From an uncultured Thermoproteaceae archaeon (GTDB taxonomy: Archaea > Thermoproteota > Thermoprotei > Thermoproteales > Thermocladiaceae), in NCBI GenBank assembly GCA_964575955.1, contig CAZNTG010000006.1, forward strand, positions 448,001-512,000: a stretch of DNA of 64,000 bases, given 5' to 3'. The notes beneath the pieces were generated by a model. That model saw only the letters and a list, made by a program, of their open reading frames with translations. It was not told where the DNA came from and ran no database searches. This document shows positions 10,315 to 20,552 of this stretch, one piece after another. Made by a program: the position numbers and the translations under genes. Positions within the stretch are counted from its first letter, which is position 1. Every line of letters starts with the position of its first letter.

Positions 10315-11049
10315 TCATATTAATTTAACTTTCTTACTAATTTTGAAGTTTTCTAACTTGATTATGTGTATGTAATCGTTATCTATCATTACGACACCTC
10401 TACTCTCTTCTGATGGTTTTATAATTTCACTAATAGGACCACAACCACCTATCTTTGCTATTTCTGCTAGATATCCAACATGTACTATCCTATACTTCTC
10501 ATCTATGTAGAGTAGATTTGTATGTCCTATAAACCACCATGCGTCTCTAGGTAGGATACTTCTCAATCCAGCTATCTCTTCCTTCCTTCTAGCTCTTCTA
10601 GCTGCCTCTATTAGAACTTGCTCATCTGAGTATTCAGGATTTAGACTTTCTGGTATTGCAATATTTATCTGTACATGTCCATGACTAAATACTAATTTTC
10701 TACCATGTATAGACTCTACATGATATGCACATAGCTTAACCATGTGTCTTCTAGTTGAGAATAATCTTGAATATGCTTCAGACCACTCTAATAATACTCC
10801 ATCTCTATCACCAACAACATACACTATCTCTCTACATCCAAGTCTTAAGATTCTATTAAAAAACTTATGACTATCCTTCTCTAAACTATCTATAAATTGT
10901 CTTGTCGGTCTTCTAGGGAAATCTATGAAATCTCCAAGTATTACAAGTTTTGAAAATTTAAAATTTTCTAAAATTCTTAAAAGTTCTAAAAATGATATTC
11001 CTGTAGGTATATAACAGTTAGATATTATTAATATATCCCCACTAATCAC
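10315..11049 (-). CDS. Calcineurin-like metallophosphoesterase with degenerate motifs
   Basis: LGDFID, VGDRD, HGH, GHT; the DxH motif is replaced by SNCY. Confidence 0.7.
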   Translation of the reverse strand: MISGDILIISNCYIPTGISFLELLRILENFKFSKLVILGDFIDFPRRPTRQFIDSLEKDSHKFFNRILRLGCREIVYVVGDRDGVLLEWSEAYSRLFSTRRHMVKLCAYHVESIHGRKLVFSHGHVQINIAIPESLNPEYSDEQVLIEAARRARRKEEIAGLRSILPRDAWWFIGHTNLLYIDEKYRIVHVGYLAEIAKIGGCGPISEIIKPSEESRGVVMIDNDYIHIIKLENFKISKKVKLI

Positions 11050-11086
11050 TAGACTAGTAGTACACTTCTAGAATAAGTCAGTTTCG

Positions 11087-11138
11087 ATGATGAAGGCAGG
11101 GCTTAGCAGATATGTGAAGAAGCCTTGACGGGGACTGA
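11087..11138 (+). ncRNA. C/D-box sRNA convergent with tRNA-Thr
   Basis: ATGATGA-guide-CAGA-TAT-GTGAAGA-guide-CTGA. Confidence 0.85.
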
Positions 11139-11142
11139 TATT

Positions 11143-11266
11143 TGGAGCCCCGGCCGGGATTTGAACCCGGGACCTGCCGCTATCGTGGACCCCGAGGGGC
11201 TCTTACCCACTGTACCCCTCGGGGCCTTACAAGGCGGCCGCTCTGACCGGGCTGAGCTACCGGGGC
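11143..11266 (-). tRNA. tRNA-Thr(UGU) with 46-nt intron at 37/38 (11182-11227), CCA encoded
   Basis: Cloverleaf GCCCCGG/CCGGGGC, anticodon arm GCCGC-CT-TGT-A^...^A-GCGGC, T arm CCGGG-TTCAAAT-CCCGG; BHB-like junction. Confidence 0.95.
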
Positions 11267-11392
11267 TTTCTTGTAGTCGTTATTTTGTGTGGGGTTTTTA
11301 ATTCTTTCTTCAGTTACTAAAAATACTAACTCTTTGTAGAGTCTTGGTGTCTCTATTGCCTTGAGGATACACTATTTAGAGGTACTTAGAAT

Positions 11393-12579
11393 ATGAGTAG
11401 TTCGAGATCTATGGCAGGTGAGAAAGGTGTCTATGGATTTATTGGTATCTCACTAGCTATGATGTCTATAGTGATAATACTTGCTGCTTTAGGAACATAT
11501 TTTTAAGCTACCAGCAACATTTTGGTCTATAAGTCTATTCTTTCTGACGTTTGCTATTGGAATACTAGCACCTGTTGGTGGTGTAATTTTCGTACCAGTA
11601 GTATCAGCATTCTACCCATTTAGCATAACTTTCGTTAGAGGTGCTGGTCTAGTTATGGCTCAGGTTAATGCACTAGTGTCAGTACCAAAATTTTTACGTG
11701 TAGGACTTGCATCTCTACGCATAGGTCTATTAGCAGCAGTTGTTGCTGCTGGTGCAGCAATTGCAGGAGCTAAGATGGGTATATGGGTTGTTAAGGCTTT
11801 TCCAAAAGGAAAATACTACATATATGTAGTACTCGGTGCATTACTATTCTTCATATTTGCAATAATGGTAGCATCTAAAAGAGTAGAATTTCCAGAGGCT
11901 AAAGAAATGAATTCACTAGCAGAGATGTTTAATTTAACAGGAGCATACTACGAACCCGCACTTGGAAGAGTTATAGAGTATAAAGTTACTAGAGTACCTC
12001 TAGCACTTGCAGCATTTGCAGGTGTTGGATTTATAGCTGGAATGTTTGGACTAGGAGCAGGTTGGGCAAATGTTCCAGTACTAAACCTGATTATGGGAGC
12101 TCCAATAAAAGTATCAACATCGACAAGCATGTTAATAATAGCATTAACAACACCAGCAGCATGTGTATATCTTGTAGATTGTGCAATACTACCACTAATA
12201 ATGATACCTGCAGTAGTAGGAATGTTCTTTGGATCAAGACTTGGAGCATGGTTAAGTACTATACGTATTCAACATAGTACCACCATTCGTACCAATGAAC
12301 GTAATGGAGTCACTATGGCATCTAAAACCATCAGTATTCTGGCAGAAAATTTCTGAAAAACTACACCTAACACTTAAATTAGGTAAGTATTGGTGGATAT
12401 TTGATAATATTAATCACTCTGACATGATAGCTATGGTTGGTGTATTGATATTCATAATTGGCGTAATTGCAACTATAGTTGGAATATGTGCAGCATATGC
12501 AAAACATGATAGAAAGACGCTGATAATATCGATAATATTGTTAATAATAACACTATACGCAGTATTGGAGTATATATAA
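11393..12579 (+). pseudogene. Decayed sulfite exporter TauE/SafE (TSUP) gene fused out of frame to a DUF1634-like gene remnant
   Basis: Frameshift in the T-run at 11500-11504; TSUP motif GMFGLGAGWANVPVLN; reading switches to a different membrane protein near 12258. Confidence 0.7.
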
Positions 12580-12668
12580 GTTCTACAAAGTTCATAATTA
12601 ATCAAATACAGCCTTTCTACAATCTTAAATCTATACTAGACTTTTCATTAACATTCTCTCAGTTCTAA

Positions 12669-12692
12669 CCATTTAAACAGTTCTTTAAATGG
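12669..12692. promoter_or_regulatory. Perfect 9-bp inverted repeat upstream of the ABC transporter promoter
   Basis: CCATTTAAA-cagttc-TTTAAATGG, 9 nt before the TATA-like TTTTTAAG at 12702. Confidence 0.5.
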
Positions 12693-12734
12693 ATAGTACT
12701 CTTTTTAAGCTTAGCACATTCTTGAAGTCTTGAG

Positions 12735-14201
12735 ATGAGTAATACAAATGATGTAGAATTTTCTCGTAGAGATTTTCTTAAGCTTGCCATTTCAACAGGC
12801 GCTGCAATTGGTATAGCTGTTACATGTTTTGGAGCTGGTATCGGTACAGGATATGCAATATCTCAAGCATTGTCTAAAGCTGTTAAAGTATCTCCAAAAG
12901 TTAAGACTGTAATAAAGTATCAAGTACCTAAGATTAGAGTAGGCTTCATATATATTGGACCTATAGGTGACTATGGTTGGACATTTGCACATGAGAGAGG
13001 TAGAGAGTACGTGTCTAGATATCTAGGACCAATATTGAAGGAGTGGAAAGGTAAGCCACAGCCAATATATATTGAGAAGGTATTTCCTGAATCTAGAGTT
13101 ATTGAAGCTATCAAAACACTTGTAGAAGAGGAAGGATGTAATCTCATATTTACAACAAGTTTTGGATATATGAGATATACTTGGGAGATGGCTAAAAAGT
13201 ATCCTGATGTACTTTTTGGACATTGTTCAGGATATTTAACACCAGAAACACCATTAAACGTTGTTGAATATTTCATAGATGAATATCCAGCATACTACCT
13301 ATGTGGTATTGTTGGTGGAGCAATGACTAAAACTAACAAGGTAGGTTATGTACCTGCATTCTTAACACCAGAAATTATTAGACATATAAATGCATTTACG
13401 ATAGGTGTTAAAGAAGGTGCAGCACTTGTAGGTAAAGATCCTGATAGTGTTGAAGTGATAGTAGCACCACCATTAGGAAGATGGTACTATCCTGAGAAGG
13501 CTAGAGAAGAAGCAGAAGCATTAATAGCAGAGGGATGTGACGTACTTGCATATACAGAAGATTCTCCAACAGTTCTAGAAGTTGCAGAAAGCTATCAGAA
13601 GAAGGGTATGAAGATTTGGAGCTTTAGTCATTATAGCGATATGCATGTATATGGTCCACATGCATGTCTAACAGGACAATTAGTAAATTGGGGACCAATG
13701 TATGAAGAACTTGTAATTAGAGCTTACATGGTATACCTAATGCATAAATATTGTGAAACACCACTTGAAGAAGCTTTAAAAATATGGACACAATGGCCAC
13801 CTGAAAGACCAAGAGATTACTGGTGGACAATGCATAGATCACACTATGTACCACTAACATTAAAAGATGCTTTCGTACCTGTTAAAGAAACTCCATATGG
13901 AACAATATATGAACCTATAAATGTTGTAGATATATGGTTAATAAATCCTGCAGTTCCTGAAAATGTGAAGAACTACGTTCTCTATAAGAGAAAGCTAATC
14001 ATGGAGAATATAGTAGACCCATTTGGACCACCAATATCAATAATTAAGAATGGAAAGATTGAGAAGATAGTTATGAAAGAGATTATAGATGTAGAAAGTA
14101 AGGTGAGGGTTGAACCTGGAATGAGGTTAAGTAAAGATGAGCTATATAGCATGAAGTGGTTTGTTAAAGGTGTTGTACTTCCAAAAGGTGTATCAGTTTA
14201 A
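12735..14201 (+). CDS. BMP-family ABC substrate-binding protein (nucleoside/purine type) with Tat signal
   Basis: SRRDFLK twin-arginine motif; VGFIYIGPIGDYGWTFAH, FTTSFGY, HINAF. Confidence 0.9.
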   Translation: MSNTNDVEFSRRDFLKLAISTGAAIGIAVTCFGAGIGTGYAISQALSKAVKVSPKVKTVIKYQVPKIRVGFIYIGPIGDYGWTFAHERGREYVSRYLGPILKEWKGKPQPIYIEKVFPESRVIEAIKTLVEEEGCNLIFTTSFGYMRYTWEMAKKYPDVLFGHCSGYLTPETPLNVVEYFIDEYPAYYLCGIVGGAMTKTNKVGYVPAFLTPEIIRHINAFTIGVKEGAALVGKDPDSVEVIVAPPLGRWYYPEKAREEAEALIAEGCDVLAYTEDSPTVLEVAESYQKKGMKIWSFSHYSDMHVYGPHACLTGQLVNWGPMYEELVIRAYMVYLMHKYCETPLEEALKIWTQWPPERPRDYWWTMHRSHYVPLTLKDAFVPVKETPYGTIYEPINVVDIWLINPAVPENVKNYVLYKRKLIMENIVDPFGPPISIIKNGKIEKIVMKEIIDVESKVRVEPGMRLSKDELYSMKWFVKGVVLPKGVSV

Positions 14202-14207
14202 GAAAAT

Positions 14208-15701
14208 ATGAAGAATGCATTAAAACTTGTAGGTATAGTAAAGAAATTTCCACACGTAACAGCACTAGATAATGTAGATTTTGAACTCAACTATGGAGAG
14301 ATTCATGCACTACTAGGTGAAAATGGTGCAGGAAAAACGACATTAGTAAACATAATATCTGGAGTATACATACCCGATGAAGGAGAGATATATCTAGAGG
14401 GTAGAAGAGTAATTATAAGATCTCCAAAAGATGCCCAAAAACTTGGAATTGTATCAGTATCACAACATCCAGTACTTATAGACTCATTAACAGTTTTAGA
14501 AAATATAGCATTAGCACTTGGTAAAAATCCTCATGATAAAAAGTTTCAAGAAAATATTAGGAGGGTAGTGAATGAGTTTAATATTAAGATTAATCTAGAT
14601 GCAAAGATATGGCAACTATCAGCTACTGAGAAAGCTAGAGTAGAGATAGTTAAGGCACTTATGAAAAATGGAAAAATATACATATTCGATGAACCGACAT
14701 CTCTAGTAGGATTGAAAGATAGAGACAACATCATGAATATAATGAAAAAATTGAGAGATGAAGGAAAGGCAGTACTATTCATAACACATAAAGTTGATGA
14801 AGTATTTGAAATAGCTGATAGAGTTACAGTACTTAGAAAAGGTAAGAAAGTATTAACTAAAGATGTCAAAGAAATTACTAAAGATGAATTGATAATTGCA
14901 ATGTTTGGAAGATATAGTGAAGATTTAGAATATTCAAAATGTAGAAGATATAGTAATGGACTTACACCAATATTAAAGGTAGATAATATCAAAGTTAAAG
15001 ATGATCTTGGAAAGATAGCTGTAGATGATGTAAGTCTAGAAGTTTATCAAGGAGAGATAGTAGGTATTGCAGGTCCTGTAGGTTCTGGACAGAGAGAACT
15101 TCTAGAAGCAATTGCAGGTATTAGAAAGGTAGTGTCAGGTAAAGTATACATGTTTAATATAGATGTCACAAATAGAGATTCAAAATTTATTAGAAAACTC
15201 GGAGTAGCATATATACCAGATGATAGACTTAGTATAGGTTCTGCATTATCACTCACAGTTCGTGATAATTTAATTATGAGAGATTTAGACATATATACAA
15301 ATAGAATTGGCATATATGTTAAGAGTAGGTTCAGAAATCTTGAACATATCTTAAGCAAGGTTGGACTAAGTAAAGAACTTCTTGAAGTACCTTGTGCAGA
15401 CTTGTCAGGTGGTATGATTCAGAGAGTTATACTCGCTAGAGAACTTCTAAATAGAGATATTAGACTTATAATAGCATCATACCCAACTAGCGGTCTTGAT
15501 CATGAAACTACAAAGCTTATTCATGACATGTTTATGAAGTTTAGAGATAGAGGATGTGGAGTAATTATCGCATCTGAAGATATTGAAGAACTATTGAGAT
15601 TATGTGATAGAATCTTAGTAATGATTAATGGTAAGATAGTTTATGAATCTAGAGTAGATAGTTTAGACATTGAAAAACTTAGAGAATTATTATCAACATA
15701 G
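14208..15701 (+). CDS. ABC transporter ATP-binding protein (CUT2 type, two ABC domains)
   Basis: GENGAGKT, DEPT, LSGG. Confidence 0.93.
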   Translation: MKNALKLVGIVKKFPHVTALDNVDFELNYGEIHALLGENGAGKTTLVNIISGVYIPDEGEIYLEGRRVIIRSPKDAQKLGIVSVSQHPVLIDSLTVLENIALALGKNPHDKKFQENIRRVVNEFNIKINLDAKIWQLSATEKARVEIVKALMKNGKIYIFDEPTSLVGLKDRDNIMNIMKKLRDEGKAVLFITHKVDEVFEIADRVTVLRKGKKVLTKDVKEITKDELIIAMFGRYSEDLEYSKCRRYSNGLTPILKVDNIKVKDDLGKIAVDDVSLEVYQGEIVGIAGPVGSGQRELLEAIAGIRKVVSGKVYMFNIDVTNRDSKFIRKLGVAYIPDDRLSIGSALSLTVRDNLIMRDLDIYTNRIGIYVKSRFRNLEHILSKVGLSKELLEVPCADLSGGMIQRVILARELLNRDIRLIIASYPTSGLDHETTKLIHDMFMKFRDRGCGVIIASEDIEELLRLCDRILVMINGKIVYESRVDSLDIEKLRELLST

Positions 15702-15709
15702 TTGAGAAG

Positions 15710-16801
15710 ATGAAAATTTTAAACTATAAAATTGATATTGTAGTTAGAAGACGTGAAAAAATTTCAAAATCTAGAAAAGCACTATATACAGCATTGTCAC
15801 TATTAATAGCATTCCTACTTGCTGCACCGATAACATACTTCCTAGGTGTTAATCCAATACTATTCTATAAGTATCTAATAATTGGATCATTCTCACCATA
15901 TTCAATATCTTCAACTATTGTAAATTTAATACCTGTAGCATTATGTTGTTTAAGTGCGATATTCTCATTTAGAGCAGGATTGTGGAATATCGGTCAAGAT
16001 GGTCAATATGTTCTAGGTGCAATAATGCTACTTTGGATATCTTCTCTCATACCAAATGTTCCAAAACCAATAGCTTACACACTTGTAGTTATTATTGGTG
16101 GAATTGCTGGAGGATTGTGGTGTCTTATTTGTGGTGTTCTTAGAGCATTTACGGAAGCTAATGAGGCTGTTACAACATTGATGATGTTGTACATAGCTAC
16201 AAACATACTGAACTACCTATGCTATGGTCCTTGGAGAAGTAAGGTTGGATTTCCTGAGACATTTCCACTACCTCAAAATTATCAACTTCCCAATATTGGA
16301 CCTATAACATCTGCAGTAATAATATTAGCAATATTGACTATTATTGCATGGTTCATACTTGAGAAGACTAGACTAGGATTAGAGATGTCTCTACTTGCTG
16401 AAGGTACTAGAGTTGGAGATTATGCAGGTATTAGATATAGAAGATTGATATGTACTGTAATGTTCATAAGTGGAATGTATGCAGGTATTGCAGGTTCACT
16501 ATACCTATCATACTATGCTAAGTTTCTACAACCAGGATTTGTAGCATTTTATGGATTTTCTGGAATCATAGCTGCATGGCTTTGCGAACTTAGAGTTGAA
16601 TATTCAATACTTGCATCACTACTCCTAGCAGCAATATATGCAAGTAGCTATACTATGCAGGCAGCATTAAACATACCTTCATACATGGTTGATACACTTG
16701 AAGGACTTCTACTTACATGTATATTATTGACATACTTCTTTACTAGGTATAGTGTTAAAATAAGACTTATTAAAGTTGATAGGGTTGAGAAGAAGAAATG
16801 A
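15710..16801 (+). CDS. ABC transporter permease
   Basis: FRAGLWNIGQDGQ; multiple TM helices. Confidence 0.9.
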   Translation: MKILNYKIDIVVRRREKISKSRKALYTALSLLIAFLLAAPITYFLGVNPILFYKYLIIGSFSPYSISSTIVNLIPVALCCLSAIFSFRAGLWNIGQDGQYVLGAIMLLWISSLIPNVPKPIAYTLVVIIGGIAGGLWCLICGVLRAFTEANEAVTTLMMLYIATNILNYLCYGPWRSKVGFPETFPLPQNYQLPNIGPITSAVIILAILTIIAWFILEKTRLGLEMSLLAEGTRVGDYAGIRYRRLICTVMFISGMYAGIAGSLYLSYYAKFLQPGFVAFYGFSGIIAAWLCELRVEYSILASLLLAAIYASSYTMQAALNIPSYMVDTLEGLLLTCILLTYFFTRYSVKIRLIKVDRVEKKK

Positions 16802-17712
16802 ATATTTCAATAATAGTTTCAGATATATTAGAGAGATCTACAGTATATCTACTAGCAACTGAAGGATCGCTAATAGTTCAGAGAGCTGGACTTCTAAATC
16901 TTGGAATTGAAGGATTTTTCGCAATTGCCGCACTCGTAGCATATGCAGTTGCTGTATATACTGGAAATGTAATCTATGCATTTATAGCAGCAACAATATC
17001 AGCAATAGCATTTAACATGATATTTACAGTATTGACGGTACATCTCAGATTAAATCACATAGTTTCAGGTTTAGCAGTGTCAATGTTAGGTATAGGTATT
17101 AGCTATACTCTAGGTATTGTCCTAGTTGGTGTTCCACTACCATCAACAATAACAATACCAACAATAAGTATATGTGGCGTATGTATAGATCCGCTAATCT
17201 TAACATCAATAATCGTAGCAGTATTGCTATGGTACATGTTGTATAGAACTAGGATTGGGTATGAAATTAGGATTGTAGGTGAAAATCCACATGCAGCAGA
17301 TCTACTTGGAATATCTATAAATAAGGTTAGGTATGTAGCAACATTAATTGAAGGCTTTTTAGTAGGTCTTGGAGCTGCATACTACTCACTAGAGGTAATA
17401 CCTGTATGGTCAACAGGTGTTACACTTGGAAAGGGTTGGCTAGCTATTGCATTAGCAATGTTTAGTCTATGGCATCCAATATATGCCATTGTTGGAGCAT
17501 ACTTAATAGCATGTTCAGACACACTAGCAACAATCCTTCCAAGACTTGGAATACCTGTATCACCATACCTACTCTACACATTACCATACGCATTAACTAT
17601 TGGAGTATTAGCAGTAGTATCGTATATCGAGATTAGAAAGAAGAAGCTTGGAATACCTACAGCACTTGCTAAAGTATATTCAAGAGAGGAGAAGGCTAGA
17701 AAATATACCTAA
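16798..17712 (+). CDS. ABC transporter permease
   Basis: RAGLLNLGIEG, VGENPHAADLLG, GKGWLAIAL. Confidence 0.9.
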   Translation: MNISIIVSDILERSTVYLLATEGSLIVQRAGLLNLGIEGFFAIAALVAYAVAVYTGNVIYAFIAATISAIAFNMIFTVLTVHLRLNHIVSGLAVSMLGIGISYTLGIVLVGVPLPSTITIPTISICGVCIDPLILTSIIVAVLLWYMLYRTRIGYEIRIVGENPHAADLLGISINKVRYVATLIEGFLVGLGAAYYSLEVIPVWSTGVTLGKGWLAIALAMFSLWHPIYAIVGAYLIACSDTLATILPRLGIPVSPYLLYTLPYALTIGVLAVVSYIEIRKKKLGIPTALAKVYSREEKARKYT

Positions 17713-17715
17713 ATT

Positions 17716-18270
17716 TTACTCAACCTTAATATCGACACCCTTCCTCTTCTTCTCCCTCTTCTCAAGCTCTATTGTTAAGACACCATTTCTATATGTTGCC
17801 TTTGCTTTTGTTGGATCTACAGGTGCTGGTAGGTCAATCTCCTTATAGTATTTCCTATCCTCTCCCTTAGCTGATACTGTAAGCTTTGTACCATCTTCAC
17901 TAACAGTTACCTTAATATCCTCCTTATTTACTCCAGGCATATCCATTATCACCTTAATCTTATCATCTTCCTCAATAACATCTGTTAGAGGTTCAATATC
18001 TTCCTGAACTTCTATTACAGGCTTACCAGCTGTTTCAATTCCTCTAGGTCTTATATTTCCAAATTCCCTAATCCTAGGCTTACCATCAGGACCTACAGTA
18101 ATTTCAAAACCATAATAATACACTCTAGGCTTACCCATAGCAAAGAACTTACCAGGTTCTCTACTCAACCTTTCAAGTCTTTCAAACTCTGCAAGCATCT
18201 CCTTCTCCATCTCTTCAAAGAACTTCATCATACGTTTCATCCATCTCTCAAAGTCCTCCATGAAGCTCAT
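17716..18270 (-). CDS. hsp20: Archaeal small heat shock protein Hsp20
   Basis: YYGFEITVGPDGKP, alpha-crystallin domain, ATYRNGVL, IKVE tail. Confidence 0.95.
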   Translation of the reverse strand: MSFMEDFERWMKRMMKFFEEMEKEMLAEFERLERLSREPGKFFAMGKPRVYYYGFEITVGPDGKPRIREFGNIRPRGIETAGKPVIEVQEDIEPLTDVIEEDDKIKVIMDMPGVNKEDIKVTVSEDGTKLTVSAKGEDRKYYKEIDLPAPVDPTKAKATYRNGVLTIELEKREKKRKGVDIKVE

Positions 18271-18383
18271 ACAACTAGATAACTTCTTAAAGAGTTAATA
18301 AACCATTGGTCATAGACTACCAATATTCAATACATCAACACAGTAGACTTGAAGTCAAATTATTGATGTTACAGCACTAGAAA

Positions 18384-19184
18384 CTATATTTCAAAAACCC
18401 TCTCTAACTCACTACACAGTCTCGACTTATCTATACACATCTTAAGTATCTCACGTATTCCTCTGAATTTATCCATTAATGATCCACCTAGTAGAAATAG
18501 AGAACCTTTAACTGCTAATGTATCAGTAACACCTTTACTTTTAAAATTATTAATTAGTTGCAATATCTTTGATAGATCCTCTGATGTACTATATTTTTCA
18601 CACTCTTTAATTAATCTTAGTATTAATTCCTCAGCTGTGTTGTAATAAGAGAGTATATTTATACGAAGTGTAAAGTTACTAAATATGATGTCAATATATT
18701 GTTTTCGAATTGGGATTATATCGAACTTGCACTCTTTTACTGTTAGCACTAGCCTCAGAGATTTCCTACTACATAAATCTTCAATTTTATGTTGTAGATT
18801 ATCTAGACAATCATAATCGATTAAAACCGAAATTTGCCGTACAGACTCTACAGAGAATTTCTGAAGTTCTTTAATAACTTCAGATCTTCCTAAAGGAATA
18901 TATTGAATAACTATTGGCTTTGTGCCGTGATTGATCGTTGAATAAATTATGTGTTTGAGGAAATCTATAACACCTCCACACCCTCCACATGGTATAATCC
19001 ACACATCGTAATCATGCTTGTTGGAAATCTTCCCTCTACATATATAATCAACAATTCTTCCACCTATGTAATGCCCACCTAACACTTCAACGTTTTTTAA
19101 TATACCACATAAGTGTTCCATCATTAATCTCAACAATAAGCAGTCTCGCAATCCTTCAGTGATGATAAACATTACCTTAACCAT
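18384..19184 (-). CDS. TOPRIM-like protein (DUF3226/DUF4435-like)
   Basis: N-terminal IITEGLRD, Gly-rich CGGCGG, VLIDYD (DxD), later AEELIL. Confidence 0.6.
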   Translation of the reverse strand: MVKVMFIITEGLRDCLLLRLMMEHLCGILKNVEVLGGHYIGGRIVDYICRGKISNKHDYDVWIIPCGGCGGVIDFLKHIIYSTINHGTKPIVIQYIPLGRSEVIKELQKFSVESVRQISVLIDYDCLDNLQHKIEDLCSRKSLRLVLTVKECKFDIIPIRKQYIDIIFSNFTLRINILSYYNTAEELILRLIKECEKYSTSEDLSKILQLINNFKSKGVTDTLAVKGSLFLLGGSLMDKFRGIREILKMCIDKSRLCSELERVFEI

Positions 19185-19199
19185 AAGTCTGTGGCAGAG

Positions 19200-20489
19200 C
19201 TACACTATGAGTCTTAGGTCATAACCAAGCTTTTCAATATTTAACTCGACTTCTTCACCTGTGTAGTTAGCGATTGAGGTCATTCCATTGCTAAGATCAC
19301 GCTTTAGTGCTATGAGGTTCAAGTTATCTATACCCTCCTCCTTCAGCTTAAGTACATTGATGAATTCTCTAATTAATTCTAAGCTATGTGTAGAAAGTAT
19401 GACTTGTACGCCTTTTTTCGCAAATTCTATAGTCATTTCACAGAATTTTCTAAGTAAACCTGGGTGTAACGTATTCTCAGGTTCTTCAATGAGGATTATA
19501 GAGGGTCTAAGTTTCTCTGCTACGGTATATGCCAGTAGTGCTGTGATAAAACTCTTGATGCCATATCCACATAGCTCTATATCGAGTGGTCTATCTACAC
19601 CTCTATACTTAACAAGACATCTTACACGTCTTATAGAGTCTCCTGGTACAAAATCTAAATCTTCAATATAATCTATATATGTGTTTATATACTCTTTTAA
19701 TTTACTACTTAAGCCTAGTTCTATAATTTTACGTAGAAGATTTTTAAATAACACTCTCCCTCTTTCAATTACATCTATGAGAATGCAGTTCAATAACTGT
19801 ATTTCTTCTTTTCTTCTCATTCCTACAGCGAAGGTAGCAATTCCATACGTGTGTGAAATTGAATAAGACATTCCGTAGAGATCTCTATTCACTAACGTAC
19901 ATAAATAAAGTCTATCATATCTATATCTTCCACCAACAATTTCAAGTCTTCTCTCTACCTCTTCCTCTACCTCTCTTGGAGTAGGTAGAACCTCCTCAGG
20001 ACGTATAAGTTGCAATACTTCAAAGCCCAATGTGCTAATTAGATTAAAGATCTTGCTTACTCCGGATAACTTTCTTTTAAATATAGCTGCCTCTTTCTTC
20101 AAATGATCAAGATATTTTCTAACATCTCTCTCCTCTATACCTAGCTCTTTACACTTTTTCAATAAAGCTAATCTCGATTTCGATAACAATGTACTTACAG
20201 TGTAAGTATGCTCATTAAGTTTAATCTCTAAATCTATCTCTGATAAGTTTGAATCTCTAAATAGCAAATTTGTGATAGAGCTATACTTACCGGCTAGAAT
20301 ACACAGTGTACATTGATCAGCTAGATCACGTAATCCTCGGAGACTAGAAGTTGATAGATATATAGCTTCAAGAATAGAACTCTTACCTGCATCATTTCTT
20401 CCAACAATTATAGATATTTTAGAGAAGGTTACTTCTGCAACCTCTCTTATACCTTTAAAATTTTTTATAGTAAGTTTTCTAACATACAT
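19200..20489 (-). CDS. ABC-type AAA_15/AAA_21 ATPase
   Basis: IKNFKGI, GRNDAGKSS, GYG signature, ILIEEPENTLHP, STHS. Confidence 0.88.
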   Translation of the reverse strand: MYVRKLTIKNFKGIREVAEVTFSKISIIVGRNDAGKSSILEAIYLSTSSLRGLRDLADQCTLCILAGKYSSITNLLFRDSNLSEIDLEIKLNEHTYTVSTLLSKSRLALLKKCKELGIEERDVRKYLDHLKKEAAIFKRKLSGVSKIFNLISTLGFEVLQLIRPEEVLPTPREVEEEVERRLEIVGGRYRYDRLYLCTLVNRDLYGMSYSISHTYGIATFAVGMRRKEEIQLLNCILIDVIERGRVLFKNLLRKIIELGLSSKLKEYINTYIDYIEDLDFVPGDSIRRVRCLVKYRGVDRPLDIELCGYGIKSFITALLAYTVAEKLRPSIILIEEPENTLHPGLLRKFCEMTIEFAKKGVQVILSTHSLELIREFINVLKLKEEGIDNLNLIALKRDLSNGMTSIANYTGEEVELNIEKLGYDLRLIV

Positions 20490-20552
20490 ATTGTATAGTA
20501 TAGCTTCGCTCCTATATATATCTGTGGGATTATCATGTTCTTGAATGTGTGG

